Assembly (NCBI GenBank): GCA_041661765.1
Contig: JBAZTV010000003.1
Location: forward strand, 143,914-207,913
Length of the DNA: 64,000 nt
Direction: 5' to 3'
DNA from: Candidatus Shapirobacteria bacterium
GTDB lineage: Bacteria; Patescibacteriota; Microgenomatia; UBA12405
A program made the position numbers and the translations under genes. Position 1 is the stretch's first letter; the number at the start of each line of letters is the position of its first letter. Below are positions 39,348 through 49,800 of the stretch, one piece after another. The notes below the pieces were generated by a model. That model saw only the letters and a list, made by a program, of their open reading frames with translations, did not search any database and had not been told where the DNA came from.

Positions 39348-40065
39348 AAAACTTTTTATTTTTTTAACCGTCTTATCTATAACCTATATTCTACGACCTA
39401 ACATCTCATTTGCTCAAACTTTTGATTCCAATAGTTACCACATTGATTTTGGTAATTTCAACATGACTTCCGGTAAAAAATCTTCCACCAATTACAGTCT
39501 CACTGACACTGTCGGCCAAAATGCTCCCGGCCGATACGAAACCTCTGGTTATATTCTTAAAGCCGGTTTTCAATACCTTTATGAAAGTGGTATTCCTCTG
39601 TCTTTTGAAATCAGTAATACTAATTTAAATTTTAATTCCCTTACTCCAAATATTGGTTCAACTGTTACCAATACTTTAACCATCAGCACCCCAACCGGAC
39701 ACGGATACGACATTCTTGCTATTGCTAATCATCCCCTAAAATCTCTTGGTAATACCATTCCCGACACTAAATGTGACTCTGGTTCTTGTTCTGAGTCTGT
39801 TTCTGGTGTCTGGACTAGTAATTCCACATACGGTTTTGGTTTTAATGCCAACGGTGATGGCACTTCCAGTTATTTCACCAATTCCACTTACTTCCGTCAA
39901 TTTGCCGACAACTCTTCTGGAGAAACCGCTAAAGTCTTGATGTCCGAACCAACTCGAGTCAAAGATCACTCCGCTCTCATCACTTATAAAATAAATATTT
40001 CTCCTCTCCAAGCCGCCGGCACTTACGAAAACTCTATTAATTTTATTGCCGTCCCTAAATATTAA
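39331..40065 (+). CDS. Secreted WxL-like beta protein
   Basis: Signal peptide (SFA), SNSYHI, C-terminal AAGTYENSINFIAVPKY. Confidence 0.65.
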   Translation: MNQITKKLFIFLTVLSITYILRPNISFAQTFDSNSYHIDFGNFNMTSGKKSSTNYSLTDTVGQNAPGRYETSGYILKAGFQYLYESGIPLSFEISNTNLNFNSLTPNIGSTVTNTLTISTPTGHGYDILAIANHPLKSLGNTIPDTKCDSGSCSESVSGVWTSNSTYGFGFNANGDGTSSYFTNSTYFRQFADNSSGETAKVLMSEPTRVKDHSALITYKINISPLQAAGTYENSINFIAVPKY

Positions 40066-40072
40066 AACCTCT

Positions 40073-40936
40073 ATGCCCAACTTTAACCTCACTCTCTCTC
40101 CAGCTCAAATCGAATTTGTTTTAAAACCAGGAATCACTATTATCCAAGCCTACGATATTACCAATAATTCTGATTCATCGATTATCCTTAACACTGAGGT
40201 ATTGCCTTGGATTCCCAGTGGCACCAACGGCTCTGTTAATTATAATCAAGCCGTCAGCAACCCCAACATTGAATTTTCCCTTAATAATTCCAACCTTCAG
40301 TTAGGTCAACCTTTTACTTTAGCCGCCAATTCTAAACAACAATTAGTTTTAAAAATCAAAACTAATTCAGATATCAACCTCTCCGACAATTATTACACTT
40401 TTTTCGTTCTTCAAGACCAAAACACCACTACTACTTCAAAAGATAATTTTAGCCAAGCCAGCGGCAAAATCGGTTCCCACCTTTTATTAACTATCTCCGA
40501 CACTGAAAATCCAAAAGTAACATCTGAAATTCAGTCTTTTTCCATTTCTCCAAAAATCAAAGATATTTTTTTTCAATCCATCACTTTTGAAGGAAAAATA
40601 AAAAATAATTCCGATTTTTTCTTCAAAACCAACGGTAAAATCACCATCACTAAAAACAACCAAATTATTAAAGAATTAGAACTAAATTCCGACAATGTTT
40701 TAAATCATCACAGTCGAGATATCTTTTGTACTGATCAAACCACTTGTAAAATAAATCCACCTTTTTGGCCCGGCCACTATAAAGTCACTGTTATTCTCGA
40801 TTCCTCTCTCAACGCTAAATCATATGAAACTTCATTTTACGTCTGGCCAATTTCCCCACTACTATTTATAGTGTTAGTTATTGGAATTATTTTCGGAGTC
40901 AGGAAATTTAAATCAAAACCAATTCCTAAAGTTTAA
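40073..40936 (+). CDS. DUF916/DUF3324-like (WxL-interacting-type) protein with C-terminal TM
   Basis: LSP..IE...PG......ITN; WPGHYKV; C-terminal TM with basic tail. Confidence 0.65.
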   Translation: MPNFNLTLSPAQIEFVLKPGITIIQAYDITNNSDSSIILNTEVLPWIPSGTNGSVNYNQAVSNPNIEFSLNNSNLQLGQPFTLAANSKQQLVLKIKTNSDINLSDNYYTFFVLQDQNTTTTSKDNFSQASGKIGSHLLLTISDTENPKVTSEIQSFSISPKIKDIFFQSITFEGKIKNNSDFFFKTNGKITITKNNQIIKELELNSDNVLNHHSRDIFCTDQTTCKINPPFWPGHYKVTVILDSSLNAKSYETSFYVWPISPLLFIVLVIGIIFGVRKFKSKPIPKV

Positions 40937-41051
40937 AACCCACCCTGCTAAAAGACTATTCCTTTTTTTTCAAAATCCACCCCTACCCCTCCTTTGACTT
41001 AAAGGAGGGGTTTATTATTTATAATGTAATTTAAATTACTTATAATAAATA

Positions 41052-41462
41052 ATGAGACATATTAGTCCTATTGAGGCAATGACAAAAAGAGGTAATTTTA
41101 AATATCTGAAAGAGTTAAGATTACTTGCTAGACAAAACAGAAAAAACCCAACAAAATCGGAATTGTTAATTTGGAATATTATTTTAAAAAATAAACAAAC
41201 GGGTTATTTATTTTTAAGACAAAAGCCAATTGGAAGATTTATTTTAGATTTTTATTGTTCCAAATTATTATTAGCTATTGAAATAGATGGTGATTCACAT
41301 GATAAAAAACAATTTTTAGATAAAAGCAGAGATTTATATTTAGAGCAAAGAAAAATTAAAACAATCAGATTTAAAAATGAGGAAGCGTTGAATAATATTA
41401 AAGAAGTTAAACAAGATTTATCTGAAATAATTTCCAACAGAAAACAAGAATTAAAGTTTTAA
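41052..41462 (+). CDS. DUF559 / Vsr-like PD-(D/E)xK endonuclease
   Basis: AR.NRK.PT.SE..IW, FLRQKPIGRFILDFYC, IEIDGDSH. Confidence 0.92.
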   Translation: MRHISPIEAMTKRGNFKYLKELRLLARQNRKNPTKSELLIWNIILKNKQTGYLFLRQKPIGRFILDFYCSKLLLAIEIDGDSHDKKQFLDKSRDLYLEQRKIKTIRFKNEEALNNIKEVKQDLSEIISNRKQELKF

Positions 41463-41576
41463 TCCCTCCCTTTTCAATACTTATAGTCAAATTATTAATT
41501 TCTTATTAAAATCAACTTCTTGACAAGAATATACCAAAAAGAATATTCTTAACACATCTAATACCAACTTAAAAAA

Positions 41577-42992
41577 ATGAAAAAATCCGCTTTTAGTGTC
41601 ATAGCCCTAATTATTCTAGTTTTACCAATCTATTTAACTTTCTTTGCCAACAAAAATAAAATTATTGCCGTTTCTTCCCTAAAAGATCAGGTCAGTAATG
41701 CTCAATTATCTTTTTTTGCTCGTTTATCTAGCTACTCTGGGTCTACATTAAAAGTTCTCAACTCCCCCGCTGGTGTTGCCCCAAATCTTTTTACCACCAA
41801 TCTTGGTATCGGTGATACTGTTGCTATTGCAGCCGGTGTCGGTTCTTCCATTTTTACCGTCAAAGATATTGGCGACACTAACAGTATTAGTTTAAGCGCC
41901 GCGATTGGTATCACTGTTCCCAATGGTTATATTATCGCTACTCGTTCTGGAACCCACACTGTATCTTTCACCCCAGTATCTTTTGGTGGCACAACTGAAA
42001 AATGGCAATTTTTAATTAGAGCCAGTGTCGGTAGTTCTACCCCATTTAAAGATGGCATGCCTGATCAAGATGGTTTTGATATAGGTGGAAGCAATTGTGC
42101 TACTGCTGGCTGTTTACTCAAAAGTACTGATGTCACTTGTCCTTATTCCACCGGCACCGCCAGTATTGGTAATACTATCGCTTTCACAGTAGCAGATATC
42201 GGTGATTCTGCTTTTGTCGGAACTTACAATGTAATTGAATGTGCTTATACTGGTGCCACCTCTAAAATCGGGGTTGGAGGCAGTATGATTGTTGGCACTG
42301 CTAATGGCACTAAATTAATTAATCCCGCTTCATCAGCTAGTCGCGCTTTTGGTGTTTCTGATGTCTATTTTTACGGTTTTAGACAATTAGATGTCAATGG
42401 GAATGTTGTTGATTTAAGTTTTGGAAAAATAGCCGTTAACGACAGTGTTCGAGTTACCGCTATTGTCGACCCTATTTTAAGTTTCACTATTGCCGGTAAT
42501 AGTAACATCAAATGTGGCGCCCCCGTTGCTGTTGCCCCTGCTTTTAGCACCCCCACCTCACTTAGTTTCAGTTCATTAGTTTTAGAATCAACCGTCAACA
42601 ATCTTTCACAACTTATAACCGCCACTACTAATTCTTCTAGTGGTTATGTTGTTCAAGTCTTTGAAAATAACCCCCTCACTATTATTGGTACCACTACCAC
42701 TCTTCCTAATACCACCGCCAATGATACAGCTTGGCCATCAGTAACCGCTGCTTCAGGATTTGGTTATTCCATGGAAGTTGGTGTCACTAGAGCTGGTGCT
42801 GTTTTAGGAATTGGTAACACCGCTAATTATAAAGCTTTCGGAGTCGGCTATGGCGCCGCCGCTACAGTATTAAGCCACGCCGCGCCCAGTATCGACAGTG
42901 CATACATGTGTTACCGAATAAGTGCTACCCTACAGCAACCAGCTGGTGAATATGAAAATTCTGTTAGTTATATTGCCACTGCAACCTTCTAA
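41577..42992 (+). CDS. Large secreted protein with a WxL-like C-terminal domain
   Basis: N-terminal TM/SP, VRVTAIVDPILSF, TNSSSGY, PAGEYENSVSYIATATF. Confidence 0.7.
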   Translation: MKKSAFSVIALIILVLPIYLTFFANKNKIIAVSSLKDQVSNAQLSFFARLSSYSGSTLKVLNSPAGVAPNLFTTNLGIGDTVAIAAGVGSSIFTVKDIGDTNSISLSAAIGITVPNGYIIATRSGTHTVSFTPVSFGGTTEKWQFLIRASVGSSTPFKDGMPDQDGFDIGGSNCATAGCLLKSTDVTCPYSTGTASIGNTIAFTVADIGDSAFVGTYNVIECAYTGATSKIGVGGSMIVGTANGTKLINPASSASRAFGVSDVYFYGFRQLDVNGNVVDLSFGKIAVNDSVRVTAIVDPILSFTIAGNSNIKCGAPVAVAPAFSTPTSLSFSSLVLESTVNNLSQLITATTNSSSGYVVQVFENNPLTIIGTTTTLPNTTANDTAWPSVTAASGFGYSMEVGVTRAGAVLGIGNTANYKAFGVGYGAAATVLSHAAPSIDSAYMCYRISATLQQPAGEYENSVSYIATATF

Positions 42993-43007
42993 AAATTAAA
43001 AAATAAA

Positions 43008-44006
43008 ATGAAACCTGCCACCCAAACAACCTTCAAAATCAGCGCCTTTCTTTTATTATTAGCCACCAATTATTCTCTCTTTACTCCTTCAGTTAAAGCT
43101 CAAAGTATTGAAGGATTATCAGCAATTCCTCCTCGATTAGAAATTACTGTTAATCCTGATGGAGCCATCACTAAAACCATCAAAGTTAGAAATGAATCTG
43201 ATAGTGATAAAACCGTTACTATTTCAATTGAAGATTTTGTTGTAAATGACAACAACGGCACCCCTACTATCGTTACTGCTTCTAAAGAAGATAATCGTTG
43301 GGCTGCCAGTTCTTGGATCCAAGTTTCCCCTTCTTCCGTCAAATTAAAAGCTGGCGAAACCAAATCATTAAATCTTACCGTTTTACCTCCCAAAAATGCC
43401 CTTCCTGGAGGTCATTACGCCATGGTTATTCAAAGCCCAGACAATAACGTCACTCTTAATACTACTGGTTCATCTATTCAACCCAGAGTCGGTACTTTAG
43501 TCTATATCACCATTCCTGGTGATATCAATCAAAATGCTGTTATTAAAAATTTCAGTGCTGGTAAATTCTTTGAATTTGGCCCAATCGATTTTGCCACCAC
43601 CATCCAAAATCTTTCCGATATTCATATCAAACCAGCCGGTAATATCACTATTACTAACATGATTGGCATGAAATCTTTCGTTCAATTCAATAAAGACGGT
43701 AATAATATCTTCCCTGGAAAAACCAGAGATTTTGAAAATCAACTCAATAAAAAATGGCTCTTTGGTCGCTATAAGGCTGAATTAAATGCTGCCTATGGCA
43801 GTGCTGGTGGTGTTGCCACTGCTGTTGTTTTTTTCTGGGTCATTCCTTGGAGATTCATGATCCTCGTCGCCGCTGCCATCGCTGTTCTCATTGCCGTTAT
43901 TATAATCATCAGAAATAAAAGTGGTGGCGACAAAGAAACTGAAGAAAAAGTCGACGAACTCGAAAAAGAATTAGAGGCTTTAAAGAAAAAATACAAAGAT
44001 AGATAA
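43008..44006 (+). CDS. DUF916/DUF3324-like protein
   Basis: SP (VKA), IPPRLE...P....IKVRN, PGGHYA, N..DIHIKP.G, FGRYKA, C-terminal TM plus coiled coil. Confidence 0.75.
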   Translation: MKPATQTTFKISAFLLLLATNYSLFTPSVKAQSIEGLSAIPPRLEITVNPDGAITKTIKVRNESDSDKTVTISIEDFVVNDNNGTPTIVTASKEDNRWAASSWIQVSPSSVKLKAGETKSLNLTVLPPKNALPGGHYAMVIQSPDNNVTLNTTGSSIQPRVGTLVYITIPGDINQNAVIKNFSAGKFFEFGPIDFATTIQNLSDIHIKPAGNITITNMIGMKSFVQFNKDGNNIFPGKTRDFENQLNKKWLFGRYKAELNAAYGSAGGVATAVVFFWVIPWRFMILVAAAIAVLIAVIIIIRNKSGGDKETEEKVDELEKELEALKKKYKDR

Positions 44007-44225
44007 AACTTAAAATTAAAACCCACCCGCCCTGCGGGCACCCTCCCTTAAAAAAGGAGGGTTTTTGTTTATCCGTAGAGACGTTCTGCAGAACGTCTCT
44101 ACATAAAAAACATTATCCTGGGCACCCCGCATTGCGGGGTGCCCATATTAAAACAAAGTGCCCTGTCAAGGGAAAGGTGGTACGAAGTACCAAAGGGTTT
44201 AAAACAATTTGTGTATAATAATTTA

Positions 44226-45116
44226 ATGCCACTTTTTTTATTATTATTTTTATCCCTGCTTTCCCCTTTTCAAGTCCAAGCTCAAACTTTTACTGATTCT
44301 CCATCCGTTTCTGTTTCCGCCGCCATCGGCGAAAACGAAGTCACTATCTTTGGTTACACCTCTCCCAATTCAAAAGTTGAATTAACTGGTATTAATATTT
44401 ATTCCCTCGATTACAGTGATGACACTGGTTATTTTAGATTTAATAGTTTAGTTTTACCTAGAAATTCTTCCGAGCTTTGTCTTCAGTCTAAAGATGATTC
44501 CAATCGTTCTTCATCTCTAATTTGCACTCCTCCACCACCCTCCACCAATTACCACACCGACATCGGTCCAATTATTCTCCCTCCTACCGTCTCCTTAGAA
44601 CAAGACAATATTAATCCCAATTCTACTGTTATCTCATCTGGCCAAAGTATTCCCAAATCAACTGTCACTGTTTATTTTTACAAAGTCGACGATTCCGCTC
44701 AATCTTTTCCTCGCTCCGTCGAAGCTTATTCACTACCAAAAATTGAAACCACCACCGATGAAAAAGGCAATTATAATATCAATCTTCCCACTGCCTATTC
44801 CAGTAATTACCGTCTCTACACATCAGTTACATACGATAATAATTTTTCCCCAAAATCTAATACCCTCTTATATACCATGCCTTCTCTTTTCTGGCTCTTC
44901 CTTCAACAACACGCTTATCTTACAGTTCTTCTACCCATCTTTATTTTTTCTCTTATCTTATTTTTTATTCTTATATTCATACAGACAGGGCATCGCCCCA
45001 TCTCTATCGTTCATTTTTTCCCAGCTCTCCGCACCTCATATCCCGCCATCAAAACCCAACATTTCCCCATTCTTTATCCCGATCATTTGCCTCGCAATTT
45101 TAAAATAGCAAAATAA
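44226..45116 (+). CDS. Secreted/membrane-anchored Ig-like-domain protein
   Basis: SP (VQA), GYTSPNSKV / GQSIPKSTV Ig-like repeats, C-terminal TM; ATG 44226 lies 6 nt after TATAAT. Confidence 0.7.
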   Translation: MPLFLLLFLSLLSPFQVQAQTFTDSPSVSVSAAIGENEVTIFGYTSPNSKVELTGINIYSLDYSDDTGYFRFNSLVLPRNSSELCLQSKDDSNRSSSLICTPPPPSTNYHTDIGPIILPPTVSLEQDNINPNSTVISSGQSIPKSTVTVYFYKVDDSAQSFPRSVEAYSLPKIETTTDEKGNYNINLPTAYSSNYRLYTSVTYDNNFSPKSNTLLYTMPSLFWLFLQQHAYLTVLLPIFIFSLILFFILIFIQTGHRPISIVHFFPALRTSYPAIKTQHFPILYPDHLPRNFKIAK

Positions 45117-45335
45117 AATTAATTAAACCCTAACCCTACCCTTTCCCTTGACAGGGCAAGGGTTAAAAAAAATGCTCCCTTGTCAAGGGGAGATGTCCGA
45201 CCTTGCCTGCCGGCAGGCAGGAGGGCTGAGGGGTTTTAAATAAAGAGAGAAGGTGGGTTTTAATTTCTTTTTATAATAAATATTACAATTACTTGATATA
45301 TTTTATTAATATTATTCTCATTTATACTTTAAATT

Positions 45336-45725
45336 ATGCTTAGTCAAAATGATTTAATTCAAATTAAAACAGTTGTTGAAAATGTTTTTGATGACAAATT
45401 TAAAAAAGAACTTCAACCTATTAATAATAGATTAGACAAAATGGATGAAAGGTTCGATAAAATCGATAATAAATTAATTGAACATGATACTAAGTTCGAT
45501 AAAATGGATGCCAGATTTGACCAAGTCGACGAAAGGTTTAAACAAATTGATATTAAATTTGACAAGATTAATTCTAAGTTTAAAAAAGTAGACAAACAAC
45601 TCAAAAAAATTCAAAAAGATCTCACCACCACTATAAAATACTTCGACAATAATTGTCTTGCACACAAAAAACATCTCGACAGAATAGAACAGCATCTCGG
45701 TTTACCTCAATTTCCAATTGTTTAA
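45336..45725 (+). CDS. Heptad-repeat coiled-coil protein, copy 1
   Basis: (R/K)FD(K/Q)(I/M/V)D heptads; paralog at 62074. Confidence 0.8.
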   Translation: MLSQNDLIQIKTVVENVFDDKFKKELQPINNRLDKMDERFDKIDNKLIEHDTKFDKMDARFDQVDERFKQIDIKFDKINSKFKKVDKQLKKIQKDLTTTIKYFDNNCLAHKKHLDRIEQHLGLPQFPIV

Positions 45726-45939
45726 ATCCCTTTTTATTTTAAAACCCTCCGTGACCAAAACCCCTCTGTTCCCCGCGTCAGCGGGGAACAACAATTCTTT
45801 TTTATTCAAAACCTCTCAGTCTCGCTTCGCTCGCCAGCTCCCCTTAACAAAGGGAGCAGCCTAAAAAATAAAGACTTTCTCCCTTGATAAGGGAGAATCC
45901 CGGTTTATCCGGAAGAGGGATTTGTTGTATACTTAATTA

Positions 45940-46353
45940 GTGAAAAACAAATATCTATTTATCATCGCCTTTTTATCCCTCGCCTTAATTGCTTCTTTAT
46001 ATTTAGTTCTTCGAACCACTATTTTTGTTAAAAAAGCCGCTACCGACAATCAATCCACTGTTGCTCTAGAAAATTCATATCTTTTTGTTTCCCCTCTCCA
46101 AGCCAAAGCCGACGGCAAAGAAAAAATGCGTCTCACCATTTTTATTCTCGATGGCCGAGGCATGGGAATCGCCAATCAAGTTGTCAGCCTCTCAACTTCT
46201 TCCAAAATTAATATCACCAGTATTCAAAATCAAACCGACGAATCAGGCAAAGCCGTTTTCGATTTAACATCCAGTTCTGCCGGTAAATTCAATGTCTCTG
46301 CCCAAACTGGCGACGCCACCATTCCCCAACAAGTTAAGGTGGTGTTTTATTAA
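45940..46353 (+). CDS. Membrane-anchored Big_1 (invasin-type Ig) domain protein
   Basis: AKADG, LDGRG.GI, TDESGKAVF.LTS. Confidence 0.8.
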   Translation: MKNKYLFIIAFLSLALIASLYLVLRTTIFVKKAATDNQSTVALENSYLFVSPLQAKADGKEKMRLTIFILDGRGMGIANQVVSLSTSSKINITSIQNQTDESGKAVFDLTSSSAGKFNVSAQTGDATIPQQVKVVFY

Positions 46354-46434
46354 ACAAAACCCCCTCCAGCTACTGCGGGAAGGGATTTTTTAGTCTCACC
46401 AAATCGTTTTTTACACGAATCGAATTTGCCAAAC
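46352..46434 (-). ncRNA. Candidate small antisense RNA
   Basis: TTGACA-17 bp-TATGTT promoter (46468-46440); first ~17 nt complementary to 46537-46553; ends at hairpin plus T-run 46391-46352. Confidence 0.55.
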
Positions 46435-46502
46435 AACTAAACATAACAATTAACAACACCATTGTCAATTAGATATTGTTATTTAATTCACAAAAACCAT
46501 CG

Positions 46503-46569
46503 TGGATCTAGGGAGAATTGAACCCCCGAGACCAAATTTGGCAAATTCGATTCCCAACCTGGTAGGCCC
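46503..46569 (-). ncRNA. tRNA-like RNA with reduced D-arm
   Basis: GGGCCTA/TAGATCC-A acceptor (G3:U70), GGGGG-TTCAATT-CTCCC T-arm, extended stem with TT-GCC-AA loop. Confidence 0.65.
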
Positions 46570-46814
46570 ACGACAACTTATATTAACACAATATTGTAAT
46601 TATTATTACAGAATATATTTAATTAAATAAAAATTATTTTGTTTTGGGCGATTCATGAATCGCCCCTACATGTTATCCTTTTTATATATAATGCCTCGTA
46701 AAAAACCCTTTCAAAATCCCTCTAAATCTCCCTTTGACTTAAAGGGAGACTTTAAAAACAAAATTTTATTATCCCCTCCTTTAAGTCAAAGGAGGGGTAG
46801 GGGTGGATTTTGAC

Positions 46815-49800
46815 ATGAAATCAAAAAAATTAGATATTAATAATTGGTCATATAAATCCTTATTAATAATTTTATTTTTTCTATTAATTGGTGTTGTTGT
46901 TTTATGGAAATTTGTTTTACCAAATCATAAAGTAGAGGCTAGTTGGTGGAATGATGGTTGGAATTATAGAAAAGCGGTTAGTATTAGTAATACATCAGGA
47001 TCTGATTTAACTGATTTTCAAGTTTCTTTATCTATAGGTACCAGTGCTTTAATTGCTTCCGGTAAAATGCAAAGTGATTGTGATGATATTAGAGTTACAG
47101 ATATTAATGGTAATTTGTTGCCGTATTGGATAGAAGAAAACAATCCTGGTTGTAATCAATTAACCGATACCAAAATTTGGATAAAGGCTAATTCCCTCCC
47201 CGTTTCCGATGCTACTATCTATATTTATTATGGCAACACTTCCGCTCCCTCATCTCAAAGTGGTACTAATACTTTTGAGTTTTTTGATGATTTTAATGAC
47301 GCCAGTAAAACAAACACCAACTGGACCGCAACCGGAACCGGATATACCATTACTGGCGGCAATCTTTACCATTCTACTACATTAGAACCAACCAATAATT
47401 TTACCTCTTATACTATTAATAATAGTTCTGGATTTACTAACGGAATAATTGAATCAAGAATGAAACCAGCTAGTTGTGGAAATTCTTACGGTAAAAGTAT
47501 TATCGCCAGATATACTGATGACAATAATCAATACATAGCTGGATTAGAAGCTTGGACTGGTGGTTACACTCACATCGGTAGAAGAGTAAGCAGTACCTGG
47601 ACAAACATCGATCAAGATATATTAGCCTGCAGTACCAGTACTTGGTATCAATTAAAATGGACTCTCAACGGATCTAATCAGTACTTAACAATTAATGGAG
47701 TTGCTTCCAGTGGTGTTGACACTAATCTTTCTTCTGGAAAAGTTGGCGTTTCTGTTGATAACCGAGAAACAGCAACAGGTGCTTATTGGGATTATATTTT
47801 TACTCATAAATACTCATCAGTTGAACCCACCGCCTCTCTCCAATCAGAAGAAGCCGGCGGCGGACCAATTGCTTATTGGAAATTTGACGAAGGCACCGGA
47901 AACAATGCTTACGATTCATCTAGTCAAAATAATACAGGATCAATGTTAAGTGCCCCTATTTGGAAAAATGAAAGTGAATGTGTTTCTGGAAAATGCTTAG
48001 CTTTTGATAATGTTGATGACGGCGTCAGTATTAATAAAAATTTTGTTGGTTTAACCGACTACACTATGTCAGCTTGGGTTAATATCAAAGGCACACACCA
48101 ACACTACACTGGCGCTATTATGTCTTCTGGTGATTGGAATACCCAATATTGGGTATTCGGTATTAGTCAAGCCAATGATGCCATAAACATGTGTGCCGGC
48201 AGTTGTTCTATAAATTATGCCTTTCAGTTAAATAAATGGACCCATGTAACTGTCACTAGAAGTGGTAGTCAATATACACTTTATATTAATGGAAAAAATA
48301 GTGGTACTTATTCTGGCAGTTCATCTGCTTTGGTCAGTAGTGCCACCAACACCACTATTGGTCGGGAAACTTATGGCGGTGGTTATTTTGCCTTTAATGG
48401 CTGGATCGACGAACCAAAAATTTATCCTTACGCCCGCACCGCCGACCAAATCAAACTCGATTATAATTCTCGCGGATCTTCCAAAGGCACTTCCGCTAAT
48501 TTAGGTGGCGCCGGAACTGATAACAATTTATCTAACGGTTTGGTTGGTTATTGGAAAATGGACGAAGGCACTATGGGAAGCGGAACCACTTTTACAGACT
48601 CATCAGGAAATGGAAATACCGGCACTGGCGTTAGTAGCGTTGCCGTATCAACAGGAGAATTTGGTAATGGTGTTGATATTCCAGGTCCTGGAGGCAGTGG
48701 TTTAGGATCAGTAATTAATGTTAATGATTCTGATTCTTTAGATATTGGTTATACCACACCAATGACAATTTCATTTTGGCTAAATGCCGATTCAACTGCC
48801 TGTGGTGCCATTATAAAAAAATCCGGTCTTTGGGAAATATATCGTTGTTCAGCTAATTTAACTATCCGTTTTGATGGTTATGATCAAGGTAGTTCATTTA
48901 ATTTAAATAACGGTCAATGGTATTTAGTTACAATGACACGTGATCCTTCTACTAACACCACAAAAGTCTATATAAACGGACAACAAACAGATAGTTGGAC
49001 ATATACTATTGGTACCCCAAATTATTCCGGAGGCATGGGAATAGGTGCTTACAATGGCGGATCTTATGCCATCGATGGCAAACTTGACGAAGTCCGCGTC
49101 TACAACCGCGCCCTTTCCCCTTCCGAAGTTTCTCAACTTTATGAATTCGCCCCCGGGCCAATCGGTTATTGGGATTTTAATGAAGCTTCTGGCACCGTCG
49201 CCAATGATAAAAGTGGAAATGGAAAAAATTTAACCACATACAATTCTCCAATTTGGAATCAAGGAAAAATTGGGTCTGCTTTAGATTTTAATGGTTCGAC
49301 TCAATATGCCAGAAGAACTAGTGAAACTAGTTTTCAAAGAGTAAATGGACAAGAAATATCCGTTTCTGTTTGGATATACCCCAAACGCTTAGGCGGACAA
49401 TATCAAGATATTGTCGCCAACAGATCTAGTTCTGGACTTAATTGGCTAATTTATCAACACACTACTGATGGATCAATACAATTCCATGGTTCTGCTCAAA
49501 ATAAATCTACCTATATTCCACCACTTAATCAATGGACTCATATCGAAACAACAATAGATGCAGTAGGAAATTATAAACTTTATGCTAATGGACAGATAGT
49601 TCAAAGTCTAACAGGATACACCTTTGGTACTAGCGGTATCACTGAATTAACTGTCGGCAATTTTAGTGCAAACGAATATTATTTAGGCAAAATAGACGAA
49701 GTCAAAATCTACAACTACGCCCGCACCCAAAAACAAATTATTGAAGATATGAACGCCAACCACCCCGCCGTCTCAGCCAATTCTGCCATCGCTTATTACA

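Noticed and set aside
46352-46569. tmRNA or an ordinary tRNA
   Set aside because: The acceptor closes after 67 nt, no tag ORF ending in Ala codons is visible, and there is no proper D-arm or CCA; kept as tRNA-like only.
44019-46810. CRISPR array
   Set aside because: Palindromes are heterogeneous, irregularly spaced and in both orientations; no cas genes.
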